In this document: positions 10,181 to 19,668 of the stretch, piece by piece
Position numbering within the stretch: position 1 is the first letter of the stretch
How the letters are laid out: every line of letters starts with the position of its first letter
Source: Planctomycetota bacterium
GTDB taxonomy: Bacteria; Planctomycetota; UBA8108; SXIK01
NCBI GenBank assembly: GCA_965223845.1
Contig: CBDCXR010000004.1
Coordinates: 4,832,001 to 4,896,000, forward strand
DNA: 64,000 nt
Reading direction: 5' to 3'
Notes under the pieces: generated by a model
What the model was told of the DNA's origin: nothing
Seen by the model: only the letters and a program-made list of their open reading frames with translations
Databases searched by the model: none
Made by a program: the position numbers and the translations under genes

Positions 10181-11131
10181 ATGAGTGAAGCGACGACCTC
10201 AGACTCGCGCGCAGCGATCGACGCGCGCGACCTTCGGAAGAGCTACGGCGATGTCGTCGCCGTCGATGGACTCGATGTCCGAGCGCAGACGGGGACCTGT
10301 CTCGGCCTCCTCGGCCCGAACGGCGCCGGGAAGTCGACCACGCTCCACATCCTCGTCGGGCTCATCACCGATCATTCCGGCGATGTGACGATCCTCGACC
10401 GGGACATGCGCCGCGACGGAGATCTCGTACGCGAGCACATCGGGGTCCAGTTGCAGGAGACGCAGCTCTACGACAAGCTCACGACCCTCGAGATTCTTCA
10501 GCTCTTCCGCAGCTTCTACGCGGAGGGCCGAGATCCGGACGCCGTGCTCGGCCTCGTCGGGCTCGAAGAGAAGCGGAACGCTCGCTGCGTGCATCTCTCG
10601 GGTGGACAGAAACAGCGCCTCGCGCTCGGCTGTGCGCTCGTCAGCGAGCCGCGGATCCTCTTTCTCGACGAGCCGACGACGGGCCTCGATCCGCAGGCAC
10701 GCCGCCGCGTGTGGGAGATCGTCGAGGAGTTCAAGGCGCGCGGCGGAACGGTGCTTCTCACCACGCACTACATGGACGAGGCCGAGCGGCTGAGCGATTC
10801 GGTCCTCATCGTCGACCACGGCAAAGCGATCGCCAGCGGTCGACCGGAGGAAATCATCGACAGCCTCGGGGCCGAGAGCATCGTCGAGTTCTCCGCGGAC
10901 CCGCCGCTCGACGCGGAGACGAGCTCTCTCGCGGAACTGCCGTCCGTCAAGTCGGTTCGTGCGAGCGCGAGCGGAGTCTCCATGGAGGTCGAATCAACCC
11001 ACATCGCGCTCCCGGCGCTCCTCGACGCGATGAAACGAGAACAGGCGACGCTGACGGACCTTCGAACGCATCGCCCGACGCTCGAAGACGTCTTCGTCAA
11101 CCTCACCGGGAGACAGCTCCGCGATGGCTGA
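10181..11131 (+). CDS. ABC-2 type exporter ATP-binding protein
   Basis: GPNGAGKST, LSGGQKQR, FLDEPT, TTHYMDE. Confidence 0.93.
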   Translation: MSEATTSDSRAAIDARDLRKSYGDVVAVDGLDVRAQTGTCLGLLGPNGAGKSTTLHILVGLITDHSGDVTILDRDMRRDGDLVREHIGVQLQETQLYDKLTTLEILQLFRSFYAEGRDPDAVLGLVGLEEKRNARCVHLSGGQKQRLALGCALVSEPRILFLDEPTTGLDPQARRRVWEIVEEFKARGGTVLLTTHYMDEAERLSDSVLIVDHGKAIASGRPEEIIDSLGAESIVEFSADPPLDAETSSLAELPSVKSVRASASGVSMEVESTHIALPALLDAMKREQATLTDLRTHRPTLEDVFVNLTGRQLRDG

Positions 11132-12203
11132 CGCCCACATGTCTCCTTCTCTACCGGGTCGAAGCGGACTCCGCTGGGGCGAGGTCGCCGCGCTCACCCG
11201 CGCGCGTGTCGTCCTCTTTTGGCGCGAGCCGGAGGTCTGCTTCTGGGTGCTGATCTTTCCGCTCGCGCTCGCGCTCATCCTCGGATGGGCGTTCGCGGAG
11301 CGGGGCTCGAGTCCGGAGAACGTCGGGGTCGGGCCCGGACCGGAAGCCGACGCGATCGCGTCCCGGCTCGACGCGGAGGAGCTCCTGCAGGTTCGCCGGT
11401 TCGACTCCGCGGAGGAAGCTGAGAGGGCGCTCAGCTTCGGCCGAGTTTCGGCGCTCGTCGAGCCCGGATCGCCACCGACAGTGCGCTTCGATCCCGAGCG
11501 TCCGGAAGCTGAGCTCACGCGGTTTCGTGTGGAGGCTGCGCTCCGCGAGTCGCCTGCCGAAGGCACTCCCGCGGCGGTCGCGGTCGAGTCGACGGAGAAC
11601 ACCGGCGTCCGTTACATCGACTGGCTGTTTCCCGGGCTCCTCGGGATGAACATCCTCGGCACGGGAATCTGGGGAATCGGCTTCGGGCTCACCGACACTC
11701 GACAGCGAAAGCTCCTCCGTCGCTTCCTCGTCACGCCGATGCGACGGAGCTCGTTCCTGCTTTCGTTCATGCTCTTTCGCATGGTGTTCCTCGTCATCGA
11801 GGTCGCCGTCCTAGTCCTCTTCGCGATCTTCGTGCTCGGGATTCCGCAGCGAGGATCGTTTCTCCTCCTCGGCGGGCTTCTTCTCATCGGTGCGACTGCG
11901 TTTTACGGCCTCGGAGTGCTCGTCGCCTCGCGAGCGCGCACGGTGGAGGGCGCGTCGGGTCTCATGAACTTCGTCATGATGCCGATGTGGCTCTTCTCCG
12001 GCGTATTCTTCTCGTACGAACGCTTCCCCGAAGTCGTCCATCCGCTCATTCAGGCGCTCCCGCTCACCGCTCTCAACGACGCCCTGCGCGCGACCATGCT
12101 CGAAGGAGCCGGAGTCACCGCCGTGCTTCCCGCGGCGTTGGTGCTCGTCGCCTGGGGCGCGGGCAGCTTCTTCCTCGCACTCAGAATCTTTCGCTGGGAG
12201 TGA
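11124..12203 (+). CDS. ABC-2 type exporter permease
   Basis: Overlaps the ATPase stop; one N-terminal plus several C-terminal TM helices; LFSGVFF..LPLT motif. Confidence 0.9.
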   Translation: MADAHMSPSLPGRSGLRWGEVAALTRARVVLFWREPEVCFWVLIFPLALALILGWAFAERGSSPENVGVGPGPEADAIASRLDAEELLQVRRFDSAEEAERALSFGRVSALVEPGSPPTVRFDPERPEAELTRFRVEAALRESPAEGTPAAVAVESTENTGVRYIDWLFPGLLGMNILGTGIWGIGFGLTDTRQRKLLRRFLVTPMRRSSFLLSFMLFRMVFLVIEVAVLVLFAIFVLGIPQRGSFLLLGGLLLIGATAFYGLGVLVASRARTVEGASGLMNFVMMPMWLFSGVFFSYERFPEVVHPLIQALPLTALNDALRATMLEGAGVTAVLPAALVLVAWGAGSFFLALRIFRWE

Positions 12204-12266
12204 CTGCGGGAGCTCGGAAACGGGAACCGCGTTCCTTCACCGTGGGCCGATAGCGATCGAGGTCGA

Positions 12267-15200
12267 CTACTCGTTGAAGTCGACGTCGAGCTTCGTCTCG
12301 CGCCCCGGCTCGATCTCGACCTCGCCAAAGTCTCGCGGCGCCGAGGCGACGGCGGGCTCGCGCCAGCGCTGCTCGCGGATGCGCAATCGGTACGTTCCCG
12401 GTCGGATGCCATCCACGCGGTACTGTCCACCGCGCCCGACCCAGCCCCGGACCGTGACGTCGCCGGGTTTGGGATCGGTTCCCGCGGGATCAGTCCCGTC
12501 CTCGGCGGCCGGGGTAGAAACGAGCTCGATGGCGAAACCACCGTTGTCGAAATCGAACTCCTCGGGAGCGACGAAGCTCCCCTTGAGGCGACCGCCGAGA
12601 CGCATTTGTAGACTCAGCTCGGGGACCGCGCCGTCGACGACCGAGATCCTCGGTCGCTCATCCTCGAAGAAGTACGTCTTGTGGTTTAGCTGGACGTGGT
12701 ACTCGGCGTCGCCCAAGCCGTCGATCGAGAATCGCCCCTCGGCGTCGGTACGTCCGTTGAAGTTTTGATGGTTCGCGGCGCGCGCGACTTCGCGGTCCGC
12801 GAAGCTGAGATAGACGTTGACGTTCTCGACTGGTTGGCCGGTATCGACCGCGGTCACGATCCCGCTGACGGCCGCTCCGCGGTCGACCGCGAGGTGGACC
12901 TGCTCGTTGGCCCCCGGGTGAAGGCGAACGGTTCGTGCAGCGACAGCGTAGCCTTCGACAATCGCACTCACCACGTATTCGCCGTCGCGGACGGAGTCGA
13001 ATTCGAACTCGCCGGCGACGTTCTGAAACTCGCTCGAGTGCCAACCGTCGCGCCAGGGAGTATTCCTCCGATTTGGCTCCTTCGATTGAAGCTGAACGCG
13101 GAACTTCGGGATCGCCGACCCGGTCGCGGCATCGACGACAGTGCCTGAGATTCCGGAGAACGCCCGCAGCTCGAGATCGTCCACCGACGATCCGGCGCGC
13201 ACGCCGGTTTGGTAGGCCGGACTGAAGCCCTCGAGACGGGCCGACACCACGAGGTCGGTATCCTGCGGCAAGCGATCGAGAGTGTAACGTCCCTCCTCGT
13301 CGCTCTGCGTCGACGACAGACCGGTCCCGGACGCCGCTGCGACCTCGTAGCTGGCGGCGAGCATCGCTCGCGTGCGCTCGTCCTCTTCGGCGTCGACCTC
13401 CATCGCGGGAACGGCCGCGATCTGCACTCCGGCGAGAGGATTCCCTTCGTGATCGACGACCTCACCTTCGACGGTACCGCCGCTCTCGAGCGATACGTCG
13501 ACGCGCACCTCGTCGCCGGACACGTCGAACGTCTCGATCGTCTTCTTGGCGAACCCGAGTGCATCGACCTCGATGCGGTAGGTGCCCGAGACCACTCCCG
13601 TCAGTCGGTAGGTCCCGTCCGGTGCGGTGTACGCCGTCTTACCCGAGCTCTTCGGCATCAACTGGAGGATCATCTGCATCTCCGGGTCGTCGATTTGCGT
13701 CGACGTGACCGGGTGAAAGCGAACGGCCGCGAGCGCGATCGCACCGCCACCGTCGTCGGAGATCTGTCCGTGGACCGCCGCGCTGGGCGAGAGAACGATC
13801 TGTACGGTCTCGTCGCCCTCGTCGGCACCCGGATCTTCGGCACCCGCGGTCGGTCGACCGCGACGCCGCGAGAACCGCTCGACCATTTTCGCGGGAAGCG
13901 ACGCGCGGCCGCTCCCGAGTTTCGGGTGCACCGCGATGAGCTCCGGCGGGATCGGCGGGCCGCCGGTACTCGTCACGGTGAGACTGAACTCGCCGTTGGC
14001 GTCGGTGAAGGTAGAGAGTTCCTGGTCGGCTTCGATCAAGTAGATGATCCGCGGAATACCGGGGAAGTCCGCGACGACCTTGGCGCGACTCACGGGATTG
14101 CCATCGACATCGACGACCACTCCGCGGATGGGCGCCTGCGCCTTCATCAGGATTTCGGTCGGAGTATCGGAGTTCACCTCCGCGTTCGTCCACGTGCGTT
14201 CATAGTCGCCGTGAGACACGTTGACGTGAACCTGCCCGGTCTTATCGTCCTTGAGCCCCGCGATCACGAACTCGCCGTTCTCGTCGGTTCTCGCGCGGCG
14301 CGACACTCCCGACCAAACCTGCACCTTCGCGCCGACGATGGGATCACGCGTCTCGCGGTCCCGTACGACTCCGCGCAGATCGACTCCGCGAGCCATGCGG
14401 ATCGTGACGCCCGTCGCACCGGCCTCGAGCGTCTGCTCCTCCGGTGGAACGAGATCGTCGGCCTCGGCTCCGACGGCGTACGATCCCTCGTCGAGTCCGG
14501 AGATCTCGAAGCGTCCTTTTTCGTCCGCCGTAACCTCGATGCGACCGTCGTCGCGACCGAATCCCCGAGTCTTCCGGCTGTCCTTCGCGAACACACTCGC
14601 CCCGTCGACACCGAATCCATCCGCTCCGAGGACCACGCCGCTGATCGAGAGCGGGGTCGGCAGACGGATCTCTCCGAGATCGATCGCTCCGGTCTCGGCG
14701 TGGAGGCTCTCCTTCTTCTCCGGATGGCCTTCCAACGACACCGTGATCTGATAGAAACCGGAGGCGACGCCCCTCGCGACGAACGCTCCGTCGGAGTTCA
14801 CCGTCGTCTCGGTTCTCTTCTCACCGAGAAAATCGATGTCCATCCCCGCCATCATCACGGGATTCATCCGGCTCAGATCGGGAAGGGGAGGAGCGATCAC
14901 GACCTTCGCGCCGCCAGCGGGTTCACCAGCCGCGGTGAGCACGACTCCCGTCACCTCGACGCCGCGGTCGAGCTCGACGGTGATGTCCTCGAGCCCGGCC
15001 ATGACATTCCCGATTCGAGTGCGAGCGAAGCCCTCCTTGAACACTTTGAGATCGAAGAGCTCCGGCGTGAGACCACCGATGCGGAACGTGCCGTCCTCGC
15101 CCGAGCGAACCTCACTGCGGAGGAGGCCCTTCGCTTCGGCCACGTCCATGAGAACCTGCATCATCTTCCCCATCCCCCGCACGCTCGCCGCATCCGCGGT

Positions 15201-15863
15201 CTCGCAGGACAGCACGGCGCCGGCGACGGGCTTCCCGTCCGGATCGACCACGCGACCCGCGATCAGTTTGCCGTCGCGAAGCTCGATGTCGCGTTCCGCG
15301 GCGCCCTCTTCGTCGACGAACACCCCGACGCTTCGCTCGGGAAGGTACTGTTCGTGCGTGACGAAGAGCTCGTACTCGTTCGGCGGAAGGCTGTGGAGCG
15401 CGTAGCGTCCCTCGGAGTCGGTCTCGGCGAAGGTGAGCTTCGCCACCTTCTCGCCGAACTCACGCCGGAGCGCGGTGATGCCGGTGAAGGGATCGCGAAA
15501 GCGGTCGTCGAGGTCGCGGAGGTCTTCGACCCAGACGGCGGGCGCGACCGCCGTGACGCGAGCACCCGGAACGCCTTCGCCCTCTCGATCGATGATCCGT
15601 CCGGCGATCGAGACCGGCCCGTCCGGAACGACGGGCTCCACGGTTTCCTCCGCGGGCTCGACGGCTGCGTCGTCCGCGTTCGCGGTCACGTTCTCCGGCG
15701 TCGGGAGTTCCTCGACGTAGGTATCTTCGACTTCCGGGAGGCCGTCCCGCATGCCGGCTCCCGGATCACCGTCGATTCCGTCGGAATCATTCAGCAAGAA
15801 GACCGCGATCAGGCCGCCGATCAGAAGAACCGACAGCACGAGACTCCAGACGACGCGATTCAT
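12267..15863 (-). CDS. Membrane-anchored protein with multiple carboxypeptidase-regulatory-like (beta-sandwich) repeats
   Basis: ATG at 15863 with GGGGG upstream; N-terminal TM helix; repeated GRVVDxDGxPVAGA..TDxxGxFxIxGL..G.Y units. Confidence 0.85.
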   Translation of the reverse strand: MNRVVWSLVLSVLLIGGLIAVFLLNDSDGIDGDPGAGMRDGLPEVEDTYVEELPTPENVTANADDAAVEPAEETVEPVVPDGPVSIAGRIIDREGEGVPGARVTAVAPAVWVEDLRDLDDRFRDPFTGITALRREFGEKVAKLTFAETDSEGRYALHSLPPNEYELFVTHEQYLPERSVGVFVDEEGAAERDIELRDGKLIAGRVVDPDGKPVAGAVLSCETADAASVRGMGKMMQVLMDVAEAKGLLRSEVRSGEDGTFRIGGLTPELFDLKVFKEGFARTRIGNVMAGLEDITVELDRGVEVTGVVLTAAGEPAGGAKVVIAPPLPDLSRMNPVMMAGMDIDFLGEKRTETTVNSDGAFVARGVASGFYQITVSLEGHPEKKESLHAETGAIDLGEIRLPTPLSISGVVLGADGFGVDGASVFAKDSRKTRGFGRDDGRIEVTADEKGRFEISGLDEGSYAVGAEADDLVPPEEQTLEAGATGVTIRMARGVDLRGVVRDRETRDPIVGAKVQVWSGVSRRARTDENGEFVIAGLKDDKTGQVHVNVSHGDYERTWTNAEVNSDTPTEILMKAQAPIRGVVVDVDGNPVSRAKVVADFPGIPRIIYLIEADQELSTFTDANGEFSLTVTSTGGPPIPPELIAVHPKLGSGRASLPAKMVERFSRRRGRPTAGAEDPGADEGDETVQIVLSPSAAVHGQISDDGGGAIALAAVRFHPVTSTQIDDPEMQMILQLMPKSSGKTAYTAPDGTYRLTGVVSGTYRIEVDALGFAKKTIETFDVSGDEVRVDVSLESGGTVEGEVVDHEGNPLAGVQIAAVPAMEVDAEEDERTRAMLAASYEVAAASGTGLSSTQSDEEGRYTLDRLPQDTDLVVSARLEGFSPAYQTGVRAGSSVDDLELRAFSGISGTVVDAATGSAIPKFRVQLQSKEPNRRNTPWRDGWHSSEFQNVAGEFEFDSVRDGEYVVSAIVEGYAVAARTVRLHPGANEQVHLAVDRGAAVSGIVTAVDTGQPVENVNVYLSFADREVARAANHQNFNGRTDAEGRFSIDGLGDAEYHVQLNHKTYFFEDERPRISVVDGAVPELSLQMRLGGRLKGSFVAPEEFDFDNGGFAIELVSTPAAEDGTDPAGTDPKPGDVTVRGWVGRGGQYRVDGIRPGTYRLRIREQRWREPAVASAPRDFGEVEIEPGRETKLDVDFNE

Positions 15864-16251
15864 CTGCGTTCCCCCCTCTCCTAGGGCCGCGTCCCGATTG
15901 ACGGGAATCGAGCGGCGCTTGTTCAGTCGATGTTCGATGTCTCCGCAAAACGATCGCCGGTGTGCCGCCGCACGCGACGGCACACGCACCGCTTCGAGAC
16001 ACCCCTGTTCTACTTCGAGCCGGACCGGGAGCAAAACGCGAGCTGAGCTCGAATTCGATCGGACCAACGCGATCGCCCCGCTCGGGGCTCCATCGGAAGT
16101 CGGCCTCTTCTGCGCGGAGTTTCACCGGGAGTTCGCGCGAGATCGGATTTTCCCGAAATCGCGTTGCGAACGGAGCGACTGGGTGTCCGGAACGCGGGCC
16201 GGATGATCGCGAGCTTTCGCGCCGCCGTTTTTTTCTGGCAGCTTTTTTCTG

Positions 16252-16305
16252 GCATCCTGAGACAGCTCGTCTCAGGATGCGAACGCAAGTGAGACAGCTC
16301 GTCTC
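16252..16305. promoter_or_regulatory. Tandem palindromic operator, probably bound by the adjacent BlaI-family repressor
   Basis: GCATCCTGAGAC-N5-GTCTCAGGATGC perfect 12-bp inverted repeat (16252-16280); core TGAGACAGCTCGTCTC repeated at 16290-16305. Confidence 0.7.
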
Positions 16306-16346
16306 CACCCCGCTTCTCCAAGGTCTCCAGCGAGCCGAAGAACGCG

Positions 16347-16760
16347 ATGACTCCGAAGCGCAAAGACGTCACCGACGCGGAGCTCTCGATCCTCGAAGCG
16401 CTTTGGGACGAGGGTCCGAGCACGATTCGACGGCTGACCGAGATCCTTTACCCGCGTGGAGACGAATCCGACTACGCCACCGTGAAGAAGCTGCTCGCGC
16501 GCATCGAGGCGAAGGGCTTCGTTCGGCGTGATCGCGGTCAACTCGCGCACGTCTTCGAACCGACGCTCACGCGAGACGATCTCATCGGCCAGCGCTTGAG
16601 CGCCGTCGCCGATCACCTGTGCGGTGGTTCACGAACACCGATTCTTCTTCACCTCCTCCGCAACGAGAAATTGAGCGAAGCCGAGCTCGACGAGCTCCGG
16701 CAATTCGTGGAACGCGAGAAGAAGCGCTCGGCAAGGCGCGGAAGGGGGAAGACGAAATGA
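16347..16760 (+). CDS. BlaI/MecI/CopY family transcriptional repressor
   Basis: TDAELSILEALW..YATVKKLLARIEAKGFV..LSEAELDELR. Confidence 0.92.
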   Translation: MTPKRKDVTDAELSILEALWDEGPSTIRRLTEILYPRGDESDYATVKKLLARIEAKGFVRRDRGQLAHVFEPTLTRDDLIGQRLSAVADHLCGGSRTPILLHLLRNEKLSEAELDELRQFVEREKKRSARRGRGKTK

Positions 16761-19519
16761 CGGCGGAGCTGCTCTCGCTGGCCCTCAGTCACTGCGTAGT
16801 CGCGGCCGCGCTCGCACTCGTCGCGGCCGCCGCGGGGCTCGTGCGTCTCCACCCACGGCTCGTCCACGCCCTTTGGCTCCTCGTTCTGATCAAGCTCGTC
16901 ACGCCGCCTCTCGCTCGCGTGGAGATCCCGACCGCAGCGCACGACGAAACGCGCTACGAACCGCGCGGTGAGGACGAAGCGGCGGTCGCCGCCCTCCGAA
17001 CGAACGAACTCCGCGATGGGCATCTTCCTGAGAGTGTCGCCATTCGCGCGACGCTCGCGCCCGAAGAAGACAGCTGGGGTGGCGACGACAACGTCCCGTG
17101 GTCGGAGCTCGACGATCGGAGCCTCAGGGCGACCGAATCCGAGTTTTCGTTCGGGGAGCTGACTGCGATGCCCGAAAGGTCGGTCGACGATTCCGTCGGC
17201 GCCCCGGTTTTCGACATTTCGCGCGCCCACGCTCGGCGCGAACGGGCGAGTCGGATCGTAGAAAGCGGGGCGAACGAGTTTCTCGGCGAACCACCGCCCA
17301 GCTCTTCGGCGACAAACTCCGACCTCGCCGAGGCGTCTCTCGCGAATGCGTGGACGAATGCAGCAACCGAGCTCCGAGCGGCGTTCGCGTACGCCGCCCC
17401 GGTCGCCGCGTGGGTCTGGCTCGCAGGGATCCTCGGACTAGCTGCTCTCGACATCCGGCGCATCTCGCGGTTTCACCGGCTCGCCGCGATGGCCGAGCGA
17501 GCCTCCGACTCGGTTCAAGACACGGCCGCGCAGCTCGGCCGCCGGATGGGGGTCAGCCGCATTCCGGAGATCGCGCTTCTCCCGGGCATCGCGACGCCGA
17601 TGCTCTGGCCGATCGGAAGACGCGCGCGCGTCCTCGTACCGCGAGAACTCGTCGCGTCGCTCGAACTGCGAGAGCTCGAATCGATTCTCTGTCACGAACT
17701 CGCCCATCTGCGTCGTCGCGACCATTGGGTACGCGCGCTCGAGACGATCGTCGGATGGATCTACTGGTGGAACCCCGTGGTTCCGTGGGCGCGACGCGAG
17801 CTGCGCGAACGGGAGGAGCAGCTTTGCGATGCGCTGGTACTCGAGACCGAAGGCGTGCGAGCCGGCACGTACGCCGACGCTCTGCTCCGTACGGCAAGCT
17901 TTCTCTCCCGATCTCGCCCCGCGCTCCCTCCCACTGCGAGCGGGATCGGCCAAGCTCACTCTCTCCGAAGGAGACTGACGATGATCTTAGGAACGAAGGA
18001 TTCACGCCCGGCGGCTCCACGTTTTTCGGCGTGGCTCGTCCTCGCGATCGGTGGTTTGCTGCTGCCCTTGACACCGTCGTGGTCGGTGACCGTGGGCCAA
18101 GAGGCGGAATCCACCTTCGAAGAAGCGGAACAAGAGGAGACAGCGGCAACCGAAGCCGAGGCTGAAGCCACAATCCTCGAGGAGGCGGCAGCCGCCGCGG
18201 CGGATGCCGAGGCCGTCGCGGCAGCGGTTGCCGCGGACGCCGAAGCCGAGGCCGCGGAACGCACGGCGAGAGCCGAAGCCGCGGACGCCGCTGCGGCCGC
18301 GGACGAAGCCGAAACCGTCGCGGCGGCTCGACGGGACTCGTTCGGACTCGTTTTTGCAGACGAAGCCGCTGCGGACGTCTTCGGAACGATGCTCGACGAG
18401 ACGAAAGCCAAGAAGAAGCGATCGTCGACCGAGGAAGACCGGGCGAAGGGCGGCGCGGCGTCCAGGTCGAAGCGTAAGCGCGCTAGCTCCACTCGGCATG
18501 ATCACGATGCCGAGGAGCCGGAGGGTCACCGCGACCACGAGGACCGCGACGAGGGTCACAGTCGCGTCGATGAAGTGTACCGCCGGATCGGGCAGCTCAT
18601 GGTGGTCGGAAAACTCGACGAAGCGCGTCGGCTGGCGCAGAAGGTCGCCGAGCAGACCGCCGCTCGCTCGCAGAAACGACATCGAGAGGGCTACTCGGGC
18701 GAGTCCAATGTCCTCCGTTGGCGTCAGCGATTCGAAGACGAATTGGCGCGAGCGACGGAGCGCGTGGAATCGTTCGTCGAGCAGACGAGACACGAACTCG
18801 AACGCGAGTTCCGGCGGGCCCCCGAGCACCATCCGGGGCTTTTCGAAGCTCTACGCGAGACGGATCTCGATCAGCTCATCAAACGTCGATTGAGGAACGC
18901 GCCGAGCTACGTGCGCGATGTCATGCGGGAAATCGATCTCCAGGAGATCGTCAAGGATGCGCTGAAGCAATTCCCCCGGGCGAAGAACTTTAGCGCCCAG
19001 GAGCTCCGCCAGGCGCGGCGCGAGCTCCCCGAAAAGATCGCCGAAGCGACGGACGAAATGCGGGCGCGAATCGAAGCCAAGGTGCGCGACGCGGCGAACG
19101 AGCTCCGTCGCCTCGCCGAAAAAGCCCCGAAGGACGTGCGCGATTCCGACGAGCTGCGCGACTTCTTCCGTCGCGCCGTGGAGAATCCCGACGCCATCCT
19201 CGCGATCGCAGCCAAGAAATTGCGCGGGCCGAGTACCGAAGCTCCGGCGGGAGGACCCGCGAAGGCGAAGCGAAAGTCGGAGTACTCGACCGGATCACCC
19301 TATGAGTCCACGCAGGAAGAGCGGCGCCGCTTCCCGGCGGAATCGTACTACGGCTCCGGCCGGCCCGACGATCCACTGCGGCAGCTCGAGCGTCGATTGG
19401 ACGGACTCGAGCGGCAGCTCGGCGACGTGCTCAAGGAAATGATGGCCCTCCGGAAGCTCCGAAACGAGCTCGAACAGAAACGTACTGCGCGTCCCCGAGG
19501 GGCGAGCAACCACCGCTGA
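16757..19519 (+). CDS. M56 (BlaR1/MecR1-like) metallopeptidase signal transducer with long helical C-terminal region
   Basis: ATGA overlap with the repressor; LWLLVLIKLVTPP, HELAHLRRRD, WWNPVV..EEQLCD. Confidence 0.9.
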   Translation: MTAELLSLALSHCVVAAALALVAAAAGLVRLHPRLVHALWLLVLIKLVTPPLARVEIPTAAHDETRYEPRGEDEAAVAALRTNELRDGHLPESVAIRATLAPEEDSWGGDDNVPWSELDDRSLRATESEFSFGELTAMPERSVDDSVGAPVFDISRAHARRERASRIVESGANEFLGEPPPSSSATNSDLAEASLANAWTNAATELRAAFAYAAPVAAWVWLAGILGLAALDIRRISRFHRLAAMAERASDSVQDTAAQLGRRMGVSRIPEIALLPGIATPMLWPIGRRARVLVPRELVASLELRELESILCHELAHLRRRDHWVRALETIVGWIYWWNPVVPWARRELREREEQLCDALVLETEGVRAGTYADALLRTASFLSRSRPALPPTASGIGQAHSLRRRLTMILGTKDSRPAAPRFSAWLVLAIGGLLLPLTPSWSVTVGQEAESTFEEAEQEETAATEAEAEATILEEAAAAAADAEAVAAAVAADAEAEAAERTARAEAADAAAAADEAETVAAARRDSFGLVFADEAAADVFGTMLDETKAKKKRSSTEEDRAKGGAASRSKRKRASSTRHDHDAEEPEGHRDHEDRDEGHSRVDEVYRRIGQLMVVGKLDEARRLAQKVAEQTAARSQKRHREGYSGESNVLRWRQRFEDELARATERVESFVEQTRHELEREFRRAPEHHPGLFEALRETDLDQLIKRRLRNAPSYVRDVMREIDLQEIVKDALKQFPRAKNFSAQELRQARRELPEKIAEATDEMRARIEAKVRDAANELRRLAEKAPKDVRDSDELRDFFRRAVENPDAILAIAAKKLRGPSTEAPAGGPAKAKRKSEYSTGSPYESTQEERRRFPAESYYGSGRPDDPLRQLERRLDGLERQLGDVLKEMMALRKLRNELEQKRTARPRGASNHR

Positions 19520-19525
19520 ATCGCA

Positions 19526-19618
19526 GAACTCTGACCCCGGCGGTGCGAACGACACACGGAGAACGCTTGTTTCGCCGCTCGCAGTCTCCGATCGTCCGCA
19601 CGCGGCCGGGGTCGGTTC
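19526..19618. repeat. Long imperfect hairpin between convergent genes
   Basis: Nested pairings GACCCCGGC/GCCGGGGTC, GTGCGAACGA/TCGTCCGCAC, CGGAGA/TCTCCG. Confidence 0.65.
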
Positions 19619-19668
19619 GTCGTAGGCTCCGCCCAAGGGGCGACTTCACGCCGACGCGAGACGTCAGC

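Noticed and set aside
13209-15884. 891-aa plus-strand ORF
   Set aside because: Antisense shadow of the 12267-15863 gene, with no motifs; expected in high-GC DNA. The same applies to 42230-44053 (alternative frame), 55877-58123 and most short Arg/Ser-rich ORFs.
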